The notes: generated by a model not told the origin, from the sequence alone. A stretch of 13,097 nucleotides of DNA from Octopus sinensis (GCF_006345805.1 NW_021826347.1:1-13097); one strand, 5' to 3'. Counted from the first letter of the stretch, positions 1 through 8,951 are shown. Program-made: numbers and translations.

Positions 1-43
1 GGCTTTCACCCAGGCGGCCCGGGTTCGATTCCCGGCATGGGAA
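1..43 (+). tRNA. tRNA-Glu (anticodon TTC), 3' portion; 5' part lies outside the window
   Basis: GG-CTTTCAC-CCAGG gives an anticodon loop with TTC. T arm is CCGGG-TTCGATT-CCCGG (19-35), the acceptor 3' strand is CATGGGA (36-42) and the discriminator is A43. This matches the eukaryotic tRNA-Glu(TTC) layout. Gene versus pseudogene cannot be decided from this part. Confidence 0.85.
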
Positions 44-230
44 CACAATGTTGCAAGGTGGTGCTATTAAGTTAGACATGGCCTGGGCCAATACTGGCCA
101 AAACCTTTCTAAGTTATATATATATATACACACATACATACATTATACATATATATATACACTTACATACATTATATATATATATACACATACATACATT
201 ATATATATATAGATATATATGTATGTATAT

Positions 231-586
231 AGGTGTGTGTGTCTGTGTGTACATATCAAAATATGAACATATATGTGTATATGCATACGTGATTGTGGGT
301 GTATATGTGTGTGTATACGCACTTACGCGCGTGATTGTGTGGGCGCTCGAGTGTTCTCGTGTTCTCGTGTTTACATATTAAGATATAAACGTGCATATGC
401 AAATGTGTGTGTATATATATATTTTTTTTTATGCGTGTATATATATACATGTGTGTGTGAGTATGTTTGTAGGCGTGTGTGTGTGTCTGCGCAAACATAT
501 CAAAGTATAAAGATATATGTGTGTATATGCAAACCTGAGTGTGTGTGTATATGTGTGTGTATATATATATATTTTTTTTTTCTTGC

Positions 587-626
<40 letters not shown>

Positions 627-752
627 ATGAATATGTGTGTAGGCGTGTGTGTGTGTCTGCGCAAACATATCAAAGTATAAAGATATATGTGTGTATATGC
701 AAACCTGAGTGTGTGTGTATATGTGTGTGTATATATATATTTTTTTTCTTGC

Positions 753-796
<44 letters not shown>

Positions 797-910
797 ATGA
801 ATATGTGTGTAGGCGTGTGTGTGTGTCTGCGCAAACATATCAAACTATAAACACATATGTGTATATGCATACCTGATTGTGTGTGTGTGTATATATGTGT
901 GTGTATATGC
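231..910. repeat. Minisatellite of ~170-bp units built from (TA)n/(TG)n/T-run microsatellites
   Basis: The anchor GCAAACATATCAAA recurs at 491, 661 and 831 (period 170). A more diverged unit lies at ~231-490 and a partial last unit ends at ~910. Confidence 0.9.
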
Positions 911-1255
911 GGGGGGGGTGTAATGGTGTGAGTGCCCATGCTATCTGCCTTATCTGTAACTTCTTCTAATCAGAGAAAATTACATAATTATAAAATATTT
1001 CTGGTGACTCCTCCCGGATCCGGATTCCATCCCACCTCCGCCCCCCCTCTCATTCATTCTCAAGGAGGCACCTACGGCCTCACGCTTACGTATGGATGAG
1101 GGTATTTATGGATATGATTTTTCTATTTGTGTAAACAAGATATATGATGTCATATGTCTAAATATAGATGCGTCCACTGAAACTCTAACAATTTTTGTGA
1201 TATTTTTACTGCTTTCTCTGATAAAGTATATGCATGCATATATATATATAATATA

Positions 1256-1288
<33 letters not shown>

Positions 1289-1451
1289 GGCAGGAGGTGC
1301 AGATGAGGGCAGCTGCATCGAACTCTCTCATGCATCAGATGGCGTTTGCTAAAAAGCATCCGTGAGGTAAACCCGTGTAGCAAACCAAATGGCGGTGCCC
1401 CAGCATGGCCACAGCTCATTAGCTGAAACTGGAAAAATCAAAATCAAAATC
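1289..1451 (+). mobile_element. 3' end of a non-LTR retroelement (LINE or a related SINE) sharing its tail with the main SINE family
   Basis: GGCGGTGCCCCAGCATGGCCACAGCTCATTAGCTGAAAC (1391-1429) aligns to the SINE tail GGCGGTGCTCCAGCATGGCCGCAGTCAAATGACTGAAAC. It ends in (AAATC)n repeats. The upstream sequence is unrelated to the SINE body and has a short frame ending in TGA at 1363-1365. Confidence 0.6.
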
Positions 1452-1510
1452 ATATATATATATATACACACACATTTGTATTTGTGTGCCATTTCTCCGT
1501 TATTTTCTTT

Positions 1511-1676
1511 TCCGCCCTTGTTTTCCTATACATTCGCTGCTTTCTTGTAAGGGAACTAATGCTCTTAGCTTAGCTACTCTTGGGCTGGTGAGATTGGAGC
1601 AACCTCGTGTATAACCAGCCGAAATTGCAACGATAATCTGGAACTCGACTGAGGAAAGAAAACTCCAAATGACTCG
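1511..1676. repeat. Unclassified interspersed repeat, copy 1 (homologous to 4072-4237)
   Basis: Colinear similarity with 4072-4237, e.g. CTAATGCTCTTAGCTTAG / CTAATGCTCGTAGCTTAG and CAGCCGAAATTGC in both. Confidence 0.75.
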
Positions 1677-1772
1677 TCCTTGTTTTTTCTTGTCCCTCTT
1701 TTGTATCATCTGTCTGGATGTTTTGCGTTCTTGTCCCATTTTTAGTATTCCTTTTCACACAAACACCATTAC

Positions 1773-1784
1773 TACATACATACA

Positions 1785-1861
<77 letters not shown>

Positions 1862-1863
1862 AT
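1773..1863. repeat. (TACA)n followed by (TA)n microsatellite
   Basis: Direct reading. Confidence 0.95.
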
Positions 1864-2221
1864 AGGCGCAGGAGTGGCTGTGGTAAGTAGCTTGTTAACC
1901 AACCACATGGTTCCGGGTTCAGTCCCACTGCGTGGCATCTTGGGCAAGTGTCTTCTGCTATAGCCCCGGGCCGACCAATGCCTTATGAGTGGATTTGGTA
2001 GACGGAAACTGAAAGAAGCCCGTCGTATATATGTATATATATATATATATTTATATGTGAGTGTGTTTGTGTGTCTGTGTTTGTCCCCCTAGCATTGCTT
2101 GACAACCGATGCTGGTGTGTTTACGTCGCCGTCACTTAGCGGTTCGGCAAAAGAGACCGATAGAATAAGTACTGGGCTTACAAAGAACAAGTCCCGGGGT
2201 CGATTTGCTAGAGTAAAAGAG

Positions 2222-2223
<2 letters not shown>
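1864..2223 (+). mobile_element. tRNA-derived bipartite SINE, copy A (3' tail stem-loop deleted)
   Basis: The head has box A-like TGGCTGTGG and box B-like GGTTCAGTCCC, then a CORE-like CTTGGGCAAGT. An internal (TA)/(TG) tract follows, then the 3' body and a (GAGTAAAA)-type tail. Colinear with the other copies. Confidence 0.9.
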
Positions 2224-2289
<66 letters not shown>

Positions 2290-2290
2290 G
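2222..2290. repeat. Compound (TA)n-(GA)n-(G)n microsatellite
   Basis: Direct reading. Confidence 0.95.
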
Positions 2291-2481
2291 TTATGAGTGG
2301 TAATGGTGTCAGGTAATGCTGAGTAAGGGCTTTAGACAGACTATAATTAAGCTCCAGGTTCGGTGATTATGCAAATGAGGAGTCCAACGTAGGTCATATA
2401 TCAGCAGGTGTATATATAAAAAAATTTTCAGAATGAGATAAAAATCCAAGGCTGTGAAAGATTTCAGAACATTTATAATTA

Positions 2482-2549
2482 TAACGTGATGCCTAGAATC
2501 TCAGCCACAAGGGGCAGTAGCAGGATGGGTCGAAACGATCGTCGTGCAG
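2482..2549 (+). ncRNA. Degenerate type I hammerhead ribozyme remnant
   Basis: The 3' half is intact: GGGTC-GAAA(2532-35)-CGATCG palindrome-TC with a GUC triplet (2541-43), then AATAAA at 2550. The 5' core is reduced to GTGATG and the 5' strand of stem II is apparently missing. Confidence 0.4.
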
Positions 2550-2771
2550 AATAAAGAGTTATATCATATCCTTCTTCTGGTTACTTAATCAGTTATTATT
2601 ATCTCAAGTAACACTTCAGAATTCCTGAAGTAGCTCGAATTTGAAATATACCTCAACTGCAGATTTTCACCAGGTAACAGAAATTGTGCAAGGACTTTAC
2701 TCAACACACCAGTGGGCATGTGTCAAGAAATTGGCCTACACTCATTACTCCAAAAATATTACATACATACA

Positions 2772-2819
<48 letters not shown>

Positions 2820-2888
2820 TAAAAACGGTAAGATGACAAAGAAAGAAAGAGACCTCAATATTATGTAAATAGAGGAATTTATATGTAA

Positions 2889-3072
2889 AATAATATTACT
2901 ATAATTCAATAGTCAAGGTAAAACTCTGAGTTCAGATGCCTCTATATAACGGTATTTTTTCATAGCGTTTTTCAGATGGCCAGATAACTGAAAAGATGGT
3001 CTGTGGATTTCTACTTTCGCATCAGAAACTCAGAGTTTTATCTTGACTATTGAGTAATTGTAACATATTATT
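2889..3072. mobile_element. Hairpin MITE / long inverted repeat
   Basis: TCAATAGTCAAGGTAAAACTCTGAGTT (2906-2932) is the reverse complement of 3027-3053 with one difference, and the arms extend imperfectly both ways. No ORF. The right end abuts (TA)n. Confidence 0.7.
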
Positions 3073-3181
3073 TTATTATATATATATATATTATATATAT
3101 ATATATATATATATTATATATGTGTGTGTGTGTGTGTGTGTGTTGTGTGTGTGTGGGTGTGTATACATATATATATACATA

Positions 3182-3584
3182 GACGTAGGAGTGGCGTGTG
3201 TGTGGTAAGTAGCTTGCTTACGAACCATATGGTTCCGGGTTCAGTCCCACTTTGTGGCACCATGGGCAAGTGTCTTCTACTATAGCCTCGGGCCAACCAA
3301 AGCCTTATGAGTGGATTTGGTAGACGGAAACTGAAAGAAGCCTGTCGTATATATGCATGTGTGTGTATATGTTTGTGTGTCTGTGTTTGTCCCCCCAACA
3401 TCGCTTGACAACCGATGCTGGTGTGTTTACGTCCCCGTAACTTAGCGGTTCGGCAAAAGAGACCGATAGAATAAGTACTAGGCTTACAAAAAATAAGTTC
3501 TGGGATCGATGTGCTCGACTAAAGGCGGTGCTCCAGCATGGCCGCAGTCAAATGACTGAAACAAGTAAAAGAATAAAAAGAGTA
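3182..3584 (+). mobile_element. tRNA-derived bipartite SINE, copy B (full length)
   Basis: Head, CORE-like segment, internal microsatellite, 3' body and complete tail GGCGGTGCTCCAGCATGGCCGCAGTCAAATGACTGAAACAAGTAAAAG are all present. Confidence 0.92.
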
Positions 3585-4071
3585 TAGAGTGTATAAACAA
3601 ATATGTGTGTATAATATTGTATATATTATGCAAACATATATATATTGTATAAAAACTATATATACATATTTAAGTGCGTGTTTACGTATGCATATATGCA
3701 TGTCCTGGACATAACGTCAAACTGTATCTGGTAATGGTGATCTGGTACAATTTTTCAACGGTTTTGAGGGGCGTGTGGAACCGACTCTTAGCCTCTGTTA
3801 TTTCCAAGTCTACTCCGACCCCGAAACATAGCTCCTGTTAGGGTTCCAATTAAGTGTTAATTTGCATGTGAACCGATTTATATATATATATTTTTTTCTC
3901 TGCCCCAAGGAACATTCCTAACACGCCAGCTGAGTTTAATTCGTCTTAGTCGAAAGACGCCTGTTTGTGATGTCCTGTTATTGTTATTATTATCATTGTT
4001 GTTTTTACGAATTTTATCATTGTTTTTACGTATTATTTTCGTATTCATATTCGTGTAACATCGTCCGTTTT

Positions 4072-4237
4072 TCTGTCCTTGTTTTGTATATATTCGAAGC
4101 TTTCTTCCAAGAAATCTAATGCTCGTAGCTTAGTTTTTCCTTGGGGCTAGCCGGATCGGAGCGATCTCAAGATTAATCAGCCGAAATTGCGAGGATGATC
4201 CGGTTCTTGACTGAAGATTATAGGCTTCGAATGTCCC
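4072..4237. repeat. Unclassified interspersed repeat, copy 2 (may extend upstream to ~3700)
   Basis: Colinear with 1511-1676 and ends at a (TA) run. Confidence 0.75.
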
Positions 4238-4477
4238 TATATATAGGCTCATCCTTTCATCTGATGATTTGTTGCGGTGGAGTCATGTTACTTCTTTTGG
4301 CATGTATTCTATTTTATCAGACAAAGCGTGTTGCTAAAGGAGCTGCCTTCAAAGTTTAATGATGCTATCAGCCTCATGCATGCAAACTTGGTCAAAGGAT
4401 GCACTTCTACACTTGTAATATAACATATTAAACAACACTAATAATAAATCGAAAAAACATAAAAGCTTTTGATGGTT

Positions 4478-4643
4478 AGGAGTGGCTGCGTGGTAAGTAG
4501 CTTGCTAACCAACCACATGGTTCCGGGTTCAGTCCCACTGCGTGGCACATTGGGCAAGTGTCTTCTACTATAGCCCCGGGCCGACCAATGCCTTGTGAGT
4601 GGATTTGGTAGACTGAAACTGAAAGAATCCCATCGTATATATG

Positions 4644-4682
<39 letters not shown>

Positions 4683-4855
4683 CATGTGTGTGTCTGTGTT
4701 TGTCCCCCTAGCATTGCTTGACAACCGATGCTAGCGTGTTTACGTCCCCGTCACCTAGCGGTTCGGCAAAAGAGACCGATAGAATAAGTACTGGGCTTAC
4801 AAGGAATAAGTCCCGGGGTCGATTTGCTCGACTAAAGTAAAAGAGTAAAAGAGTA
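4478..4855 (+). mobile_element. tRNA-derived bipartite SINE, copy C (3' tail stem-loop deleted)
   Basis: Colinear with copy B, but GACTAAAG joins directly to TAAAAGAG. Confidence 0.92.
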
Positions 4856-5165
4856 TTTCATAATTATGATCCTAGGTGTTTCCAATATTTTGTCCAGCCT
4901 CTGTACATTTAGGACAATGTAAGTTTATACATTGCCAGTTAATCACTTCCCTGTGCTTAATTATTACGACTAGTTTTATCAGATATGATATAATTACTAC
5001 TATAAGTAAAAATTAGTATGTTAATTATGGCTGTATGCAGTCTATCTCGGAGCATATGCATTCGATGAGACCTTGTTTTTTGTAGCTCCCTCTTTTTAAA
5101 GGGTTCTTATGTCTAGCACCCACCAAAATGGTGAATGAGGGATCACGAGGAAACTAACTTTACAT

Positions 5166-5371
5166 CTCTTTACTCTTCTACTCTTTTACTTGTTTCAGTC
5201 ATTTGACTGTGGCCATGCTGGAGCACCACCTTTAGTCGAGCAAAATCGACCCCGGGACTTATTCTATCGGTGTCTTTTGCCGAACCGCTAAGTTACGGGG
5301 ATGTAAACACACCAGCATCGGTTGTCAAGCGATGTTGGGGAGGGGGGCAAACACAGACACACAGACATATA
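5166..5371 (-). mobile_element. SINE copy D, 3' half, inverted
   Basis: The reverse complement matches the SINE 3' body and tail. It has an internal deletion between the two AGAATAAGT repeats. Confidence 0.9.
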
Positions 5372-5460
5372 CTAAAGTTTCAGAACAGAAGGGTCACGCC
5401 TTTCGACACCCTTCATTCCTTGAATAGATCATAAAAATCCCCATAACTAATATATATATA

Positions 5461-5678
5461 CAGTTGCGGCCAAAATGTTCAGAACGGCATTGTTTTCGTC
5501 AGAAAAGTAGATATAATTTTTTATCAAATTTGTTTTATATTCTATAATTTTCACAGACAATAAATACAATATTACTTGTTATTGTCTGAGATTTTTGTGA
5601 AATTTGAGAGGATAATACAAAAGTCATGGATGATTTAGTGATTTACTGCAAAATCCATGGCGGCCAAAATGATCAGAA
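5461..5678 (+). repeat. Left TIR with outer and inner direct repeats
   Basis: GCGGCCAAAATGTTCAGAA (5466-5484) and GCGGCCAAAATGATCAGAA (5660-5678). Confidence 0.9.
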
Positions 5679-5802
5679 TTGTTGCTTTTACTCCGTGTTT
5701 TAGTATATTTAACCGGTGAACTCTAATGTTTTGAATTTGTTTACTTGACGGTTCGTTTACTAAACATTAGTAAGAATATCTGCAGTGTACTTTGTTAATA
5801 TA

Positions 5803-6810
5803 ATGCCACTTACTCCGTTACCAATCCGTCAGCAGATTATTAAGCTTCGAAAGAAGGATAATTTAAGTATTAGGTCTATTGCAAAGATTGTTAACAAGTC
5901 AAAAAGTGTTGTTCACGGTATTCTTAAGGTCTACGATGATTGTGGTTCGTGTGAAGCAAGAAAGTCTACAGGTAGGCCAAGAAAACGAAACGACCAAGAG
6001 AGAAGATCGGCTTGGTAAAGTTGGTAAATGTTAAAATGGCATGAATTAAAACTGCTGCTGCTGCTGTTTCTCGGGAAATGAGCATTGTACTGAAGAAAAC
6101 GTTATCTCTCGAAAAACTGTGTCTCGTCGTTTAGTTGAACATGACCCACAAGCAAGATCACCTGCAGTGAAGCCACTGATCAGCTCAAAAATAAAAAGTG
6201 TCGTCTTACCTTGCAACCGAACATGTGTTGTGGTCTCAAGAAAAATGGCAAACGGTGCATTTCAGTGATGAATCAAAGTTTATGTTATTTGCCTCAGATG
6301 GGAAAAGTAGGTGAAAATTTGTCGACTAAATGCCTTAAGACTAGTGTTAAATTCGGTGGAGGAAGTGTCATGGTTTGGGGGATGATATCTGGAGATGGTG
6401 TGGGCCCTTTGGTGCAATTACATGGAAAGTAAAATACAGGAGTTTATAAACAACTTGTAAAAGATCATGTCTTGCCTGTGCTGAGAAATTCAACTAAGCG
6501 ACCTCCCATATTCATGTAGGACAATGCTCCATGTCACAAGGCTAAAGTGTTCATGAACTTCCTCAAGACTGAAAAGGTTATTGTTATGGATTGGCCTGCT
6601 CAAAGCCCAGATCTCAATCCTATTGAAAATGTGTGGAATATTCTAGAACGTTCGAAAGCCAGAAATCCTAAAACAACCGAGCAATTATGGAATGCCCTTC
6701 AGGAAGAATGGAATAAGATCACCCAGCAAGAAATTGAAAATTTAATTTCCTCATGCAGTCGAAGATGTCAAAGTGTGATTGAAGCTAAAGAGCTTCACGC
6801 TAAATATTAA
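5803..6810 (+). pseudogene. Tc1 transposase pseudogene (several frameshifts and stops)
   Basis: HTH region ending in GRPRK; VHFSDESKF (first D, from ~6255); KFGGGSVMVWG; FM*DNAPCH with TAG at 6517-6519; WPAQSPDLNPIENVW. Exactly 34 residues lie between the second D and the E. Stop TAA at 6808-6810. Confidence 0.95.
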
Positions 6811-6862
6811 ATAATTCCAGTATTCTCTGTCATTTTTGATTATTTTGTTATTTTTTCAGCCG

Positions 6863-7081
6863 TTCTGATCATTTTGGCCGGCATGGGTTTTGCAGTAAAT
6901 CACTAAATCATCCATAACTTTTGTATTATCCTCTCGAAATTACACCAGAATCTCAGACAATAACAAATAATATCGTATTTATTGTCTGTGAAAATTATAG
7001 AATATAAAACAACTTTGATAAAAATTTATACCTACTTTTCTGACGAAAACAATACCGTTCTGAACATTTTGGGTGCAACTG
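6863..7081 (-). repeat. Right TIR
   Basis: Reverse complement of the left TIR with roughly 15 differences by manual alignment. Both direct repeats are present. Confidence 0.9.
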
Positions 7082-7104
7082 TATGTATATATATATATAT
7101 ATAT

Positions 7105-7268
7105 AGGCGCAGGAGTGGCTGTGAGGTAAGTAGCTTGCTAACCAACCACATGGTTCCGGGTTCAGTCCCACTGCGTGGCATCTTGGGCAAGTATCTTCTG
7201 CTATAGCCCCGGGCCGACCAATGCCTTGTGAGTGGATTTGGTAGATGGAAACTGAAAGAAGCCCGTCG
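7105..7268 (+). mobile_element. SINE copy E, 5' half (split by Penelope insertion)
   Basis: Head and CORE-like segment end at GCCCGTCG, followed by the internal (TA)n. Confidence 0.9.
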
Positions 7269-7287
7269 TATATATATATATATATAT

Positions 7288-7812
7288 CTTCTCATAATAA
7301 CAAACTGTTAAATATTAATACATTTACTAATACTAACATTAATTTAGCTAATACCATCCAACCCTCTAGAAATATTAATAACAAGGTTATTGTATCTGAA
7401 GTCAATTCCAATAGAATTAAATTTATGTCAAGTAACTCTAAGATTAAAAATTCTATATACCAGTATATAATCAGTACTCGTAATAAAGTACGATTTTACA
7501 TTGGAAGCACATCGTTAGAGTTATCTAAGAGAATTTCTATCCATTACTCAACATTTAGGGATAGAAATAAACGGAATAGTACCGGTCTCAGCAAACTGAT
7601 TTGGGTTAAAAGACCACAATGAACAATTTCATTTAGAATGGTTGATCCTCTCAATTTCGATACCATTTGACAAAGGCAAGAAATTCTGTCTTCTCTGCAA
7701 TTCTGAGCTATTTTTCATTATTTTTTTAAAAAATACTCTAGTAAACACGGTTATAGAACGAGCATACAGATGTAAGCATTGGCAGAAACATACATTTAGT
7801 GCATATAAGTAG
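7288..7812 (+). pseudogene. GIY-YIG endonuclease remnant of a Penelope-like ORF (frameshift ~7605)
   Basis: SSHNNKLL...SIYQ..YIGST..LSKRISIHYSTFR...STGLSKLIW, then after the shift LKDHNEQFHLEWLIL...CLLCNSELFFI...LVN...CKH...* with TAG at 7810-7812. This is the typical PLE C-terminal endonuclease pattern. Confidence 0.85.
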
Positions 7813-8012
7813 TCTCTATCATTATATATAGTTTAAACTTTAATTTCCTTTATATTTAACATTCACTATTAATATCCCTACTCTTTCTGTTAGCTACTTA
7901 TGACGTTATATCATATAACGTTTTTTTAAACAATATTAATAGCGTTCTGTCTATCGCTATACAAATCCATCATTTTTTGCTAAAATGTCTTATTGACGAG
8001 TTTCGTTTTTTC

Positions 8013-8098
8013 ACTTTCCCGAAGAGAAGATTGCATTGTTTATACCATTTATTCTTTTGAATAGTATCAGTGGAATTTTCGAAACATATGTAGAAAGT
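8013..8098 (+). ncRNA. Type I hammerhead ribozyme (variant core CCGAAGA)
   Basis: Stem I ACTTTC(8013-18)/GAAAGT(8093-98); core CCGAAGA 8019-25; stem II GAAGATT/AATTTTC; GAAA 8081-84; palindromic CATATG; GUA triplet 8090-92. Confidence 0.8.
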
Positions 8099-8308
8099 AA
8101 AAATACTTGCTTAAACCTGCGTTAACTCCATTTTTTATTCATATTATTCAAAATATTCAACGTAAACATGAAGTTTCAACCTTTATAAACAAGGAGTTAC
8201 AAAACCTTTACTTGTGAGATTTTTGCTGCCCTGTTAACTATTTATTTATTTTTCCGTGTTAATTGTTAACAAGGTAAAATACACTCATCTATTTATTATA
8301 TATATATA

Positions 8309-8360
<52 letters not shown>

Positions 8361-8578
8361 GTGTGGTGTGTGTATGTTGTGTGTCTGTGTTTTTCCCCCT
8401 AGCATTGCTTGACAACTGATGTTGCTGTGTTTATGTCCCTGTAACTTAGTGGTTCGGCAAAAGAGACCGATAGAATAAGTACTAGGCTTACAAAGAATAA
8501 GTCCCGGGGTCGATTTGCTCGACTAAAAGGCGGTGCTCCAGCATGGCCGCAGTCAAATGACTGAAACAAATAAAAGAG

Positions 8579-8580
<2 letters not shown>
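8361..8580 (+). mobile_element. SINE copy E, 3' half
   Basis: Resumes with the (TG) tract and 3' body, and has a complete tail. It is exactly the part missing after 7268. Confidence 0.88.
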
Positions 8581-8626
<46 letters not shown>

Positions 8627-8951
8627 ATGTGTCTGTGTGTAATATTTTTTTATGGCTATATTGTTATCTCTCTATGCGTGTATATGGGTGTATATAAATC
8701 CGGATGCGTTAAAAACATTATACAATTTTACGATTCCGCTGCTTTGTTGATAAGCCAGGTATCTAAATATGACCGTGTGTGTGTGTGTGTGCGCATGTGT
8801 GCCCGCGTAGGAGTGTATACATATCTATATATGGGTACGTGTGTTTGTTTATACATATCCGTATACGTGTGCCTCTGCGACTGCATGAGTAGATGTGCGT
8901 ATATGTGTGTTTATATATCTGTGACAATGGCTGATATGTATATATATATAG

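Larger units (their letters stand above)
5461..7081 (+). mobile_element. Full-length, inactivated Tc1-family DNA transposon (IR-DR type, ~1.62 kb)
   Basis: ~220-bp TIRs with CAGTTGC...GCAACTG ends, flanked by TA on both sides. Contains a disrupted DD34E transposase. Confidence 0.95.
7288..8296 (+). mobile_element. 5'-truncated Penelope-like retroelement (endonuclease C-terminus plus 3' pLTR-like region)
   Basis: A GIY-YIG remnant is followed by an AT-rich region with a hammerhead fold. (TA)n flanks both sides, inside a split SINE. Confidence 0.85.

Noticed and set aside
491-910. Direct repeats as a CRISPR array
   Set aside because: Eukaryotic context, no unique spacers, no cas genes.
256-939. 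Overlapping ORFs rich in C/V/Y/I or H/T/Y
   Set aside because: Translations of (TG)n/(TA)n minisatellite units. The same applies to ORFs at 8621-9070, 10108-10290 and 10723-11067.
2652-2680. Possible 11-nt micro-exon (CTGCAG|ATTTTCACCAG|GTAACA)
   Set aside because: Weak pyrimidine tract and no supporting gene context. Needs RNA-seq.
3757-3839. Hammerhead-like arrangement AACGG..GGGG...CCCC-GAAA-CATAGC-TC-CTGTT
   Set aside because: The 5' core reads TTTTGA rather than CUGANGA and stem III does not pair.
4250-4345. CTGATGA at 4261 with possible downstream AAAGC...GCTA
   Set aside because: No GAAA in the correct position and the helices conflict.
4862-4990. Minus-strand CTGATAA...GAAAC-ACCTAGG-ATC
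   Set aside because: G8 is altered, stem II does not close and stem III is mismatched. Too many repairs are needed.
5388-5414. Small hairpin GAAGGGT...ACCCTTC
   Set aside because: A 7-bp stem with no family or motif support, expected by chance at this scale.
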